NCBI GenBank assembly: GCA_965218095.1
Contig: OZ244587.1
Coordinates: 768,001 to 832,000 of the forward strand
DNA length: 64,000 bases
Direction of reading: 5' to 3'
From: Candidatus Poribacteria bacterium
Lineage (GTDB): Bacteria > Poribacteria > WGA-4E > PCPOR2b
Below, in pieces: positions 1 through 9,255 of this stretch. Position 1 is the first letter of the stretch. Every line of letters starts with the position of its first letter. A program made the translations under genes and the position numbers. A model generated the notes under the pieces. That model had not been told where the DNA came from and did no database searches. It worked only from the letters and a program-made list of their open reading frames with translations.

Positions 1-2
1 CT

Positions 3-788
3 TTGATACATCGTTGGCAGCCGTATCAGGAGATCTTCAAACTGACAATTAAACGGATGCTCTGGAGCCGGAAGACAATGCTTGCGGTTCTTGTAAGCAT
101 GGTACCCGTAGGCATCTCAATCGTCTTCCGCCTTGTGCACCATAGCGCGGGGGATGCCTGCGAGTTTACACCGCATCTGACGATGATATTCTATCTGATG
201 TTCGTGACCATTCTTATCGCACTCCTTTTCGGCACGGCGATTATCGCCGACGAAGTTGACAACAAAACATTGACTTACCTTGTCACCCGTCCGCTCCGCA
301 AAGCCCGCATCCTGTTAAGTAAGTTTGCTGCCTATTTGGTTGGGACGATTATGCTTGTTGCCTCATCTCACCTCCTGACAACGCTGATCGTTACAACTGA
401 CCCCAAGATCGGGGAGAACTTGCTGTTTCATATCGGGATGAGTTTCAAATATATCGGCGTAATCGGCTTGGGATTACTGGCTTACGGGGCGATTTTTGCT
501 GCCTTTGGGGCGCGATTTAAGCATGCGGTGCTTTGGGGCTTGCTCGTTGCATTCGGTTGGGAGAAGATTACGCTTGTCGTGCCGGGAAATATCAAGAAAC
601 TCTCCGTCATCCACTATTTGCTTTCCATTTATCCCCGTCACAGTTTATCCGCTCGTATGATTCAAGGATTTGTCGGCGATTCTCCCGCTTCCCCCTGGCT
701 AGCATTCGTTATGATTGTGCTGATTACAGCTTTATTTCTGAATCTCTCGATCTGGATATTTCAGCGGCGTGAGTATCATACAGATTGA
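3..788 (+). CDS. ABC-2 type transporter permease (5' end may lie outside the window)
   Basis: Six hydrophobic segments; 'IIADEVDNKTLTYLVTRPLRKARILLSKF' motif typical of ABC-2 family permeases. Confidence 0.8.
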   Translation: MIHRWQPYQEIFKLTIKRMLWSRKTMLAVLVSMVPVGISIVFRLVHHSAGDACEFTPHLTMIFYLMFVTILIALLFGTAIIADEVDNKTLTYLVTRPLRKARILLSKFAAYLVGTIMLVASSHLLTTLIVTTDPKIGENLLFHIGMSFKYIGVIGLGLLAYGAIFAAFGARFKHAVLWGLLVAFGWEKITLVVPGNIKKLSVIHYLLSIYPRHSLSARMIQGFVGDSPASPWLAFVMIVLITALFLNLSIWIFQRREYHTD

Positions 789-796
789 GGAGATTA

Positions 797-825
797 CTTT
801 ACATTCACGTTTTACGTTTCACGCA
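797..825. repeat. Short heptamer tandem repeat (TTTCACG/TTTTACG type)
   Basis: ttcacg-ttttacg-tttcacg-ca; the same string occurs at 34761-34782. Confidence 0.7.
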
Positions 826-841
826 TAGGGAGGCAATTACG

Positions 842-1792
842 ATGATTCGCGTTATTAAGCCGGAAGGTTTCGGCAACATTCAGTTAGAAGATGTACCCAC
901 TCCTGAGATCAGCGGTCATCAAGTTTTAGTGCGGACCCGCACCACGCTCATTAGTCGTGGTTCTGAGCTATTTCGTCGCTATATCAGAGAGGAGGCAATT
1001 CCCCCATCAATGATGGGGTATTCCCTCACAGGCGTCATTGAGCAGATTGGATCTGATGTCACGGAGTATCAGGTTGGACAACGAGTGATGGCGGGCGCAC
1101 CGCACGCTGAATATGCTGTCGGGGAAGTCGATGTGGTCGTTCCACTGACGGATGATGTCTCCTTTGAAGAAGGGACGTTTCTGGGGCTCTCGACGAGCGC
1201 GGTGGCGTGGGCAGATTCGTCGGAGGTGCAAAGGGGAGATACGATCGTGATCGTTGGACAGGGAATCGTGGGGAGTTTGATGATGCAGGTCTTGCGCGGA
1301 TATGGTCCCGACAGGGTTATCACCGTTGATGCACTGCCGTTGCGCTGCCGAATCTCCGATGAATTGGGTGCGGATGTCGCCATCAATGCTTCAGACGAAG
1401 ACCCGGTTGAGGCGGTGCTTCGCTTAACCGATGGGAAGGGGGCAGACCTTGTGATTGACTGCGTCGGCGGACATGCAGGCGTCAAATCGTTTGAGCAGGC
1501 GCAAGATATGGTGCGCAGGAAGGGGACCATCCAACTAATTGCGTTATACCAACAAGCCCCGCTGCTGCTGCATGCATCGAAGATTATGAGCAAGCGGCTT
1601 GTGGCTGGCATCCTCACCGATGAGCCGAGATCCCAAATTGCTTTGCGTGCGTTGGAAAAGCTTCGTTCAGGCGAGATTCAGGCGGGTCGGATGATCACTC
1701 ACCGCTTTCCCTACACAGAGGCAAAGGAAGCTTTTGATCTCTTGTGGAATAATCCGGGTGAAGCGCTTGGGGTTCTGATGATTTGGCAGTGA
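842..1792 (+). CDS. Zinc-binding alcohol dehydrogenase (MDR superfamily) oxidoreductase
   Basis: 'TLISRGSEL', GYSLTGVI, Rossmann GQGIVG, 'GADLVIDCVG'; ATG at 842 after GGAGG. Confidence 0.85.
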   Translation: MIRVIKPEGFGNIQLEDVPTPEISGHQVLVRTRTTLISRGSELFRRYIREEAIPPSMMGYSLTGVIEQIGSDVTEYQVGQRVMAGAPHAEYAVGEVDVVVPLTDDVSFEEGTFLGLSTSAVAWADSSEVQRGDTIVIVGQGIVGSLMMQVLRGYGPDRVITVDALPLRCRISDELGADVAINASDEDPVEAVLRLTDGKGADLVIDCVGGHAGVKSFEQAQDMVRRKGTIQLIALYQQAPLLLHASKIMSKRLVAGILTDEPRSQIALRALEKLRSGEIQAGRMITHRFPYTEAKEAFDLLWNNPGEALGVLMIWQ

Positions 1793-1937
1793 ATAGGGTC
1801 ATTTCATTTCCCGCTTTTGGGCGTCGGTCGAGTAGCCAAAGGCGTATTGAGACCAGCGATACGTCTATTTCACAATATACTAGCGCACGTTGACAGCCAA
1901 CCGCTCCATCATTCCGGCAAAGGTGGCCAGGGTAGTG

Positions 1938-2624
1938 TCAGCCCCTTTTTGCTGCCTGATGCTGACGAATCCGCAGGAGATCGGCGTTGGTGTGGTACGG
2001 TTCGTATTTCTCCACAAACTCCGCCAACGTCTCCGCCACCGTTGAGGATGTGGTATCGAGGACGATCCGCTTCTGTATCAAAGACGCCTCAAACTCCTCC
2101 TCAAACCGTTGAAGGACGTACTCAATATCCTTCTCCTGCACGATCTGGTGGGTGTGCGGATTTTCCTTCATCCGCTTCGCGATGACTTCTGGTGAGGCTT
2201 TGAAAAGGACGAGCACCGTACCCGGCGCTCGCTGAAGCATCCGTTCCTCTATACGCCGCGCCATCTCCGTCCGCTGTCCTTCCGGACTTCGGCCCGGAGA
2301 ACCGCTATCTTTGCCGCCGTAGCCGTAGTACAATGGGGCATAGACCGCTTCCTCAATGACGAGGCCCATCAGGTTGTGGTCGGGTTTACTATAGAAAGCC
2401 GGCGATGTATGATACTCGATCATAAACCGCTGGAACATCTCCCGGACTTGGGGATGAACTACTATTAACGATTCCTTAGCTTCGGGTACGAGCTCATTCG
2501 AAGGGACGCTGAAGTGATCATGGAAATGGCTGGTCCCGCCTACAGTGTTTTCAGCCCACTTCATGACCTCCGCGGCTAATGTCGACTTACCCGTATATTC
2601 GCATCCGACAAAAACGAGATTCAT
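1938..2624 (-). CDS. Uncharacterised P-loop nucleoside-monophosphate-kinase-like protein ('GCEYTGKSTL')
   Basis: N-terminal Walker A GCEYTGKS; 'VLVLFKASPEVIAKRM' lid-like segment and C-terminal 'VLDTT' as in thymidylate-kinase-like folds; GGAGG before ATG 2624. Confidence 0.65.
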   Translation of the reverse strand: MNLVFVGCEYTGKSTLAAEVMKWAENTVGGTSHFHDHFSVPSNELVPEAKESLIVVHPQVREMFQRFMIEYHTSPAFYSKPDHNLMGLVIEEAVYAPLYYGYGGKDSGSPGRSPEGQRTEMARRIEERMLQRAPGTVLVLFKASPEVIAKRMKENPHTHQIVQEKDIEYVLQRFEEEFEASLIQKRIVLDTTSSTVAETLAEFVEKYEPYHTNADLLRIRQHQAAKRG

Positions 2625-2932
2625 GATTCGTCCTCCTACAGTTTTACGTTGGATTGAGAACCTTGAAAAGGTTTGAAACCTTTTCAAGGCTAAATCGAGT
2701 TTAATACTTTGCACGGACATAAACTGCGTTTCTTACCCTGATGTCATCCTGAACCCTTCAGCAAGCATCTGTTAGATTGTGCACATTTCACGTTCTGCTT
2801 CATTTACGACCTGAACGGTTACATATAAAGTAAGTTCGTACAGACACATGAAACAGTCAATCTATGTTTCTACTATTTGTCATGATAGCAGAAAACAAAA
2901 TTGGGGTCAATATCAAAATGCGGTCTTTGGAC

Positions 2933-3913
2933 CTAAACGCCCACTGCCCGCTCCAACTGGACGGATGGCACCTGCCTTTCTTGCAAAGTGAACGCCTCAC
3001 CCGATCCGGCGGCGCTGAATCCCAACGACTCGAACAGCGATTGCTTGTCTTTATCTTCAACTGAAACCGTCGCCTGCCACTCAGTCGCCCCGCGATCGGC
3101 TCCCCAGCCCATTGCCGCCTGCATCAGATCCGCCCAGGCGTCCAGGCAGCGTTGGAGGGTAAAACCATCGACATGGCATGCACCCAATCCATTGAGGCGT
3201 GCGGTAGCCAGCCCGCCCAGGCGTCCCCGATCAGTCTGCGCCCCAAACCAGGTGCCGTTTCTCTCCCGGACCAGCGCTTCGTATCGCGGGTATAGTCCCA
3301 TACACGAAGACTGCACCGCATAGCGCGTTGAAAACATGCCCACGTTGGCGTCCAGCACCTGCCAATTGTGTGGACAGACTATCAGGGGAATCATGGGAAT
3401 ACGCAGCGCCGCTGTCCCAGGTGTGATGGTGACTTGACCGTCCGCTTCCCTGAAGTAGTCTACCAGGAAGGCCTCTGGTGAATCTCCAGACACGATAAGC
3501 GCCATCACGTTGGCTCCGGCGAGTTTCCGCCAACCAAGCCGATAATACACGCGCGCCGCCGCTGGATTGCCCGTGCCGAGGAAAAGTGCCTCGCCGTTCT
3601 GTCTGCGAAAATCATTGCGGGCGGATTCACAGAGAAGCTCAGCAATCCCCTGATGGCGAAATTCAGGCTGCGTCGCCACCTCCCCTAATCCGCCTAACAG
3701 CGGCTCTGCCTTGCAGATCGTCAAGTGGCAAGTGCCCGCGAGTTCTTCCTTTTGCCGCATTAGGTAGACGATGTCGTCGTTGTCTGCGCTTTCATTACCC
3801 GCGAAAATGCCCCGGAAGCCTTCATAGGATGTTTCAAAGATTGTCTCCCAGAATTCGGTCAATTCCGTTATCAGCCCCTCAGGCAGTGGTGGATCAATTT
3901 TCATAAAATTCAT
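2933..3913 (-). CDS. GNAT family N-acetyltransferase, probably two GNAT lobes
   Basis: 'EVATQPEFRHQGIA' acetyl-CoA motif A, 'AAARVYYRLGW', C-terminal 'SLFESLGF'. Confidence 0.8.
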   Translation of the reverse strand: MNFMKIDPPLPEGLITELTEFWETIFETSYEGFRGIFAGNESADNDDIVYLMRQKEELAGTCHLTICKAEPLLGGLGEVATQPEFRHQGIAELLCESARNDFRRQNGEALFLGTGNPAAARVYYRLGWRKLAGANVMALIVSGDSPEAFLVDYFREADGQVTITPGTAALRIPMIPLIVCPHNWQVLDANVGMFSTRYAVQSSCMGLYPRYEALVRERNGTWFGAQTDRGRLGGLATARLNGLGACHVDGFTLQRCLDAWADLMQAAMGWGADRGATEWQATVSVEDKDKQSLFESLGFSAAGSGEAFTLQERQVPSVQLERAVGV

Positions 3914-4000
3914 AATCTCCCTCCATGATCTGTGTGATAAATATCGCAATAATTCCTTACCGCAGCCACTCACTTTATTAGACAATCGAAAAGCGCAGTT

Positions 4001-4114
4001 TATACCGTTGCAAAGTATAAAAGAAAGAAGCGAAGAATCTCAGTCAACATCGTAACAGAGATCCTTCGCTTCGCTCAAAATGACAGAAATCTATGCAAAA
4101 TATCGAATTGGTAT
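4001..4114. repeat. Short repeat element with REP-like hairpin
   Basis: 15-bp inverted repeat gaagcgaagaatctc / gagatccttcgcttc (4027-4072, one mismatch) inside tatacc...ggtat ends. Confidence 0.55.
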
Positions 4115-4150
4115 TGCGGGTGTCTCGGCGGGAGAGGCAATACCTGAAAG

Positions 4151-4376
4151 TCACTTCAAAATAGCCATCTTTCGGGTCGCGCTAAACTCGCCCGCTTGAA
4201 TCGTGTAGAGGTACACGCCACTGCCAACCGGCTCACCCGACGCATTTCGACCATCCCAATGGACAGCTCTAGTTTTGGTTGTGTAAGCCTGCTGCCTGCT
4301 GACCCAGGTCTAACTGCGAACCAGACGCCCAGTAGGGTTGTAAATGTGGATGATCACATGAACATCTTTGACTAAA
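4151..4376 (-). pseudogene. Orphan, frameshifted FlgD-Ig-like C-terminal sorting domain
   Basis: Manual translation gives 'IHIYNPTGRLVR..DLGQQAAG..YTTKTRAVHWDGRNASGEPVGSGVYLYTIQAGEFSATRKMAILK*', homologous to the C-terminus of 50387-54571; no upstream gene body. Confidence 0.8.
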
Positions 4377-4558
4377 CGGTTCTATAGAAACCACGGCACC
4401 ATTTGAATCTCTATAGCGAGTTAGATGGATTAAAGAATCAATGCACTCCTGACCTCTGATTTTCCATAGCCAGAAAACACTGACTTGATGTTAGCCCAAA
4501 ATCCGTGCAATGTCAATCCGAAAATTGGGTGTGTCAAGAAATTTGCCGTAAAGATTCC

Positions 4559-4873
4559 TCAATCCATTGGTCTGTCTACCGACAAGGATGGATCAGCGGA
4601 GGCAGCCTTCGTCGGAGGCCCAAAGGCGATTGTAACCTTCGGTGATGGCAAAAGGTGTTCGTCCTGCTCATACGCGAAGATCGCATTGATCAGCCGCTCA
4701 ATTTCTTTGAGCATGTTCATGTCCACATAATCCTCCCCACAAACCGTACAGATTTCCGCAGGAATTCCCATCACCGTCAGAACAATATCAGAATTCTTTC
4801 GTATATAAGTATCCGTCGTAAAACCGGGTTCTGTACGACCATTACATTTCGAGCAGCGTCCCATGGGTTTCAC
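4559..4873 (-). CDS. YgiT/MqsA-type zinc-finger protein (putative antitoxin)
   Basis: CSKC ... 'GIPAEICTVCGEDYVD' zinc ribbon. Confidence 0.75.
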   Translation of the reverse strand: MKPMGRCSKCNGRTEPGFTTDTYIRKNSDIVLTVMGIPAEICTVCGEDYVDMNMLKEIERLINAIFAYEQDEHLLPSPKVTIAFGPPTKAASADPSLSVDRPMD

Positions 4874-4965
4874 TTCCTCTTTTTCCGAATCCTGTAGTTT
4901 TTTCCCAGATGTCGTCTTCTGGAATATAAGCCGTTACAATTGTAGCGATATCCTCGGAAAAAGTC
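4870..4965 (-). pseudogene. 3' remnant of DUF4258-like toxin
   Basis: 'IATIVTAYIPEDDIWEK/NYRIRKKRK*' with a slip in an A6 run; its stop overlaps the GTG of the zinc-finger gene (GTGA). Confidence 0.55.
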
Positions 4966-5042
4966 GCATCTCGTGGTTTGGCGGCGGTTACTGTGGGCAG
5001 TCCCTCTCCAATGAGAAAGTCATAGATGCAGGGAAAGAGATA

Positions 5043-5051
5043 TGATATAAT
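5043..5051 (+). promoter_or_regulatory. Extended -10 promoter element upstream of folD
   Basis: TGaTATAAT about 30 nt before the folD start. Confidence 0.45.
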
Positions 5052-5079
5052 AACGCATTAACAGACTTCGGAAACCACT

Positions 5080-5985
5080 TTGAAACAGTCTCGACAGCCC
5101 CATCAGCATCACATTGCCCGACGAGGAGGACCTTCAGAATTGCCAGCAGAAATTATTGACGGAAAAGAGCTCGCTAGATCGATTCGTAGGGAAATTCGAC
5201 GCCAAGTGAGAAAGCTCAAATTTACCCCTGGACTTGCGGTTGTTCAGGTTGGGGATGATCCCGCTTCGACGACCTACGTCAACAACAAGCAGAAGGACTG
5301 TAAGTATGTCCATTTTCATTCAGAGGTTCATCGAATGCCAGCGGAAACAACGCAATCAGAGGTCATAGATCAGATTCACGTTCTGAACCGCCGTGAGGAC
5401 ATACACGGAATTATCGCTCAGATGCCGGTCCCGGATCAGATTGACGGGCAAGCAGTCATTGACGCGATTGCGCATGAAAAGGATGCTGACGGTCTCAGTC
5501 CTGTGAACTTAGGCAATCTGCTCATCAACCGCGAAGGGGTGGTACCATGCACCGCTGCGGGAATTATCCGCCTCATCGAACTCACAGGCGTGGAGATCGA
5601 GGGCAAACGTGCGGTATGTGTGGGGCGCAGTAGTCTTGTTGGAAAACCGGCTGGGTTGATGTTGCTTAACCGCAATGCAACGGTTACATATTGCCACTCG
5701 CGGACGCAAGACCTCCCAGCAGAAACACGGAACGCGGACATCTTGATTGTCGCAACCGGCAAGCCCAACATGATTACGACTGACATGGTGAAAGCAGGGG
5801 CAATCGTAATCGATGTGGGGTTAACCTTTGTTGGTGCTCGCTTCGTCGGTGATGTCGATCTTGAGGGCGTCAAGGAAGTGGCAGGTTTTATCACGCCTGT
5901 GCCCGGCGGTGTGGGCCCGATGACCCGTGCAATGTTGCTAGAAAATACACTCAAACTGGCACTTGTGTCGACAGAAAAGGAATGA
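5080..5985 (+). CDS. folD: Bifunctional methylenetetrahydrofolate dehydrogenase/cyclohydrolase
   Basis: IIDGK, PGLAVVQVGDDPAS.TYVNNK, EKDADG, PCTAAG, GRSSLVGKP, ITPVPGGVGPMT. Confidence 0.97.
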   Translation: MKQSRQPHQHHIARRGGPSELPAEIIDGKELARSIRREIRRQVRKLKFTPGLAVVQVGDDPASTTYVNNKQKDCKYVHFHSEVHRMPAETTQSEVIDQIHVLNRREDIHGIIAQMPVPDQIDGQAVIDAIAHEKDADGLSPVNLGNLLINREGVVPCTAAGIIRLIELTGVEIEGKRAVCVGRSSLVGKPAGLMLLNRNATVTYCHSRTQDLPAETRNADILIVATGKPNMITTDMVKAGAIVIDVGLTFVGARFVGDVDLEGVKEVAGFITPVPGGVGPMTRAMLLENTLKLALVSTEKE

Positions 5986-6085
5986 GGAAAGAAAGGAAGC
6001 CTGCAAGGATAAGGGAGTTATCCACCAACCTTCCAGTCACTTCAGGTTTCCTGCTTTACGCATTACGCGCAAATGGAGGTTTATT

Positions 6086-6850
6086 ATGGGATTTCCCGGA
6101 TTTGATCTGACAGGTAAAGTGATGTTAATTACAGGCGCTGGCAAAGGAATCGGTCACGGCATTGCGATTGCCGCGGCACAGATGGGGGCTGACGTGCTTT
6201 TGAATAGTCGGACCCGCTCCGATCTTGAGAAGGTCGCGGAGGAGATCCGGGCGGCAGGCGGTAAAGCAGAACCGGTCATTTTCGATGTCAGCAAGATGGA
6301 TGAGATTGCCCGCGGGGCGCAAGAGGCAATCGATGTTTGGGGGCGCATTGATGTCCTCGTCAATAACGCCGGCACGAACCGACCGAAGCCTGCGCTTGAG
6401 GTGACGGAGGAGGACTGGGACGCCATCCATGATCTGAATCTCAAAGGGCTATTCTTTCTCACGCAGACACTCGTGAAGCCGATGATTGAGCGGAAGAGTG
6501 GGAAGATCGTCAACATCTCTTCGACGATGGGGCTTGTCGGTGGCCCGCTGCGGACAGCGTATTCTGCCAGCAAAGGCGGGGTTGTGCTGTTGACCAAAGG
6601 ACTTGCTGTCGAGTGGGCACCTTACAACGTGACGGTGAACGCTGTCTCCCCTGCCTTCACACGAACGCCGCTTGCGGATGCGCTTTTACAACGCAAGGAC
6701 TTCTATGAAGATGTCGTCCGTCGCATTCCGATGGGACGTGTTGGCGAGGTCGATGAAGTTGTCGGAGCAGTGCTGTTCCTCGCTTCGGAAGCTGCCAACT
6801 GGATCACGGGGCAAACAATCGCTGTCGATGGCGGTTGGGTGGCATGGTAG
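6086..6850 (+). CDS. SDR family oxidoreductase (gluconate 5-dehydrogenase/KduD-like)
   Basis: TGAGKGIG, NNAG, YSASK, VDGGW; GGAGG before ATG 6086. Confidence 0.9.
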   Translation: MGFPGFDLTGKVMLITGAGKGIGHGIAIAAAQMGADVLLNSRTRSDLEKVAEEIRAAGGKAEPVIFDVSKMDEIARGAQEAIDVWGRIDVLVNNAGTNRPKPALEVTEEDWDAIHDLNLKGLFFLTQTLVKPMIERKSGKIVNISSTMGLVGGPLRTAYSASKGGVVLLTKGLAVEWAPYNVTVNAVSPAFTRTPLADALLQRKDFYEDVVRRIPMGRVGEVDEVVGAVLFLASEAANWITGQTIAVDGGWVAW

Positions 6851-6917
6851 GTAACTATAGCGAAGCGAGACCGGTTGCTGGTAAAGCAATAGACCGAAAA
6901 CAGAATGAACTGTTGTT

Positions 6918-8927
6918 TCATTGAAACGGGACCGGAATCTTGTCCCCATGCCAGGGGAAGGCATAGCTCGGCTGATTGACAAACCGGCGCATACCGGCAT
7001 CCAACCGAATGGTTGTTGAAGGGGGAAGTTGAACCGCGAAATACCTGGCATCGACGGGGATAGTCCTTTCTGACGGATCGTTTTGACCTGCCTCCTGAAA
7101 CCGTACCTCAGTAAACTGGTGTTCCCCGAAAGCCCCCGCCTGCACAATCAAATTTCGAGTTTCGGTTCGATTCAGGTTGACAAGCTGAATGCCTGCACCA
7201 TCAGGCTCCAATGTGTCGACCAGGGCAGCGACATCTCTTGGCAGCCCTGGTCGGGCACGGTCCTGATCGAAGTAGCGCACCGTTGCTCGGAGAAGCCCGC
7301 CATTGTAAACGGATTGTGGCGCCCCCAGCGTCACTTGTGTCAGTCCCTTCGTGAGAACGGGATTGGTTGGGAAGTAGTTCGTCGTAATAATTTCCTCGAT
7401 GCTACGGTTATCAAGCCGCATCTTATCGAAAGCCTCCAACGCCCATTGAAACTCGGCACTCAGGATTTTCTCGGGCCAGTCAGGATTCTTACCATCGTAG
7501 TATTGGAATCGGGCAAACTCTGTCTCACCGCCGTTCTTCTCATAACCCCGATCCCCAACCTCATTCCAATCGCGCTCGACCTCGCCGGCTCGTATCCTCG
7601 TGATTAACTCGTAGTCTTTGGTAGACATCGAAGCATGATACAGGTGGGCAAGCTCCTGCATCCGCCATGGTAGCGGACCAGTGTAGACGCCTCTCATCGG
7701 TAGAATGCCATCGTTTGAGGGGCCGACGGGCGGGTCATATTGCCAGCCATCCGGACCGTATCGCGTGGGCATGATCAGTTGGCCATCTTCACGGGTGATT
7801 GAATTATCCAACAAGAGCTTAATCTGTGAGCGCAGGAGGTCGAGATACCCATAGTCACCGGTGAGCAGCAGAGCACATTCTGCCGCAATAGTCAACGAGT
7901 GAAACATAATGTTAAAACCTTGATAGTGGTTCCAACCATACTGTCCACCCCACCACACGCCATTGCGTCCGTCTCCGATCTTCCCGGTTGGGCCTACATT
8001 GTCCGGCATGATCCCATTATTGCGACGCATTCGATCCATCCAGGCCTCTGTATACTCCAAAACCCAGTTTTTGTACTTTTCTTCCCCTGTATATAGGTAA
8101 GCATTCGTTACCAGCGCGGTGGCGCCAAGACTATTGGGCGTATCGCACTGCAAGACAAGTTTCTCGAATAATTCGACAATCTCTTCCCTGCGTTTAGCGT
8201 CCTCGTACCAATTTAGTTCCAGATCCTCGATGATTGGATAGAGGCTTGCGCGTACACCATAATAATTAACTTCTCCTCCCAGCCACCTCCCAGCAAGCAG
8301 CATGGTATTCGCCATCTCAGCATCCCCATGCAGCCTCGGCCCCTGACTGGAGTGAAAAGGAGATCGCAGAACCTTGTGCTCAGGGTCATAGTTGGGAGCT
8401 TCCGGATCTTCGCCGATGAACATCCCGGCAAATCCCCTCGCCCGGCGCATGTTCTCCGAGATGACGGGACAGGCGACGCCGAAATCGTAGAAAGCCATGT
8501 TGCCTTCGCCAAGGTGATGCCATTCAGCTGCTTGTTCGAGGTTCCAGAATTCATTGTGCGCTGACGGCCTGAACACCTTTGTAAAGTTGTTGTGACGCAG
8601 ACGATGATTGAAGCTATCGTCGCTGATTCGGGTCGTGGCGTTCCATTCCTGCAGCGCGAGATCGTGCAAACTCTCATCGGCGCCGATGGCGTAAAATAGT
8701 CCCCAATTGTAAAACTGTTCGTAGAGGTCGTCGAAGTCCTCCGCGTAGTAAAGTCCGCCTCCCGGCTCAGTGTATTTCTTTACCATCATGGGAGCGGCGT
8801 CCTCCATAAGGCTGATCAGATTGCGCTCCATAAGCGCCCACGCCGGTGGCACCGAGATTTCTGTTGCCTTGATGCCGACCATTCCGGGAATCGAGATGGC
8901 TTGGGTCGAAATGCTTGCTGCTGTCAT
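6918..8927 (-). CDS. Uncharacterised 669-aa enzyme, probable (alpha/alpha) barrel; paralog of 9256-11235
   Basis: Long ORF sharing blocks with its neighbour (PP.WAL.ER, W.H.GEGN, NYDPE, TNAYLYTGEEKY, LRATVR.FD, QAGAFGEHQF, FVNQPSYAFPW). Confidence 0.8.
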   Translation of the reverse strand: MTAASISTQAISIPGMVGIKATEISVPPAWALMERNLISLMEDAAPMMVKKYTEPGGGLYYAEDFDDLYEQFYNWGLFYAIGADESLHDLALQEWNATTRISDDSFNHRLRHNNFTKVFRPSAHNEFWNLEQAAEWHHLGEGNMAFYDFGVACPVISENMRRARGFAGMFIGEDPEAPNYDPEHKVLRSPFHSSQGPRLHGDAEMANTMLLAGRWLGGEVNYYGVRASLYPIIEDLELNWYEDAKRREEIVELFEKLVLQCDTPNSLGATALVTNAYLYTGEEKYKNWVLEYTEAWMDRMRRNNGIMPDNVGPTGKIGDGRNGVWWGGQYGWNHYQGFNIMFHSLTIAAECALLLTGDYGYLDLLRSQIKLLLDNSITREDGQLIMPTRYGPDGWQYDPPVGPSNDGILPMRGVYTGPLPWRMQELAHLYHASMSTKDYELITRIRAGEVERDWNEVGDRGYEKNGGETEFARFQYYDGKNPDWPEKILSAEFQWALEAFDKMRLDNRSIEEIITTNYFPTNPVLTKGLTQVTLGAPQSVYNGGLLRATVRYFDQDRARPGLPRDVAALVDTLEPDGAGIQLVNLNRTETRNLIVQAGAFGEHQFTEVRFQEAGQNDPSERTIPVDARYFAVQLPPSTTIRLDAGMRRFVNQPSYAFPWHGDKIPVPFQ

Positions 8928-9073
8928 ATTTTTCCTCCTTGACGAAGCAAAAACCTCATGAGGTCGGACTCGGTTAAGTGCGGCTGAATTTGTTCCGCGA
9001 ATTTCGCTACTGTCTCATCGACCGTCGTGGTCGTCGTGCCGGCGTATTCGCAGCCGATTAGAATTAATCTCAT
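8924..9073 (-). pseudogene. Internally deleted in-frame remnant of a 'GCEY' P-loop kinase paralog (49 aa)
   Basis: MRLILIGCEYAGTT joins directly to TTVDETVAKFAEQIQPHLTESDLMR, matching the N- and C-termini of 1938-2624. Confidence 0.85.
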
Positions 9074-9255
9074 TTTTTCCTCCGTTAACTTTGGATATGG
9101 TATCACTTGTGAATACAGTAGAGCATGTGCCCCGTTACACGGGATCTCGCTGCGCTAGTTGCTCCCGATGCAATCGGGGAGACTTGCATCCTAATCTATC
9201 GGAGTCCGATTCTCGGACGAGCACTGCTCACTTTACAGGGATAACTGAAAACTCG

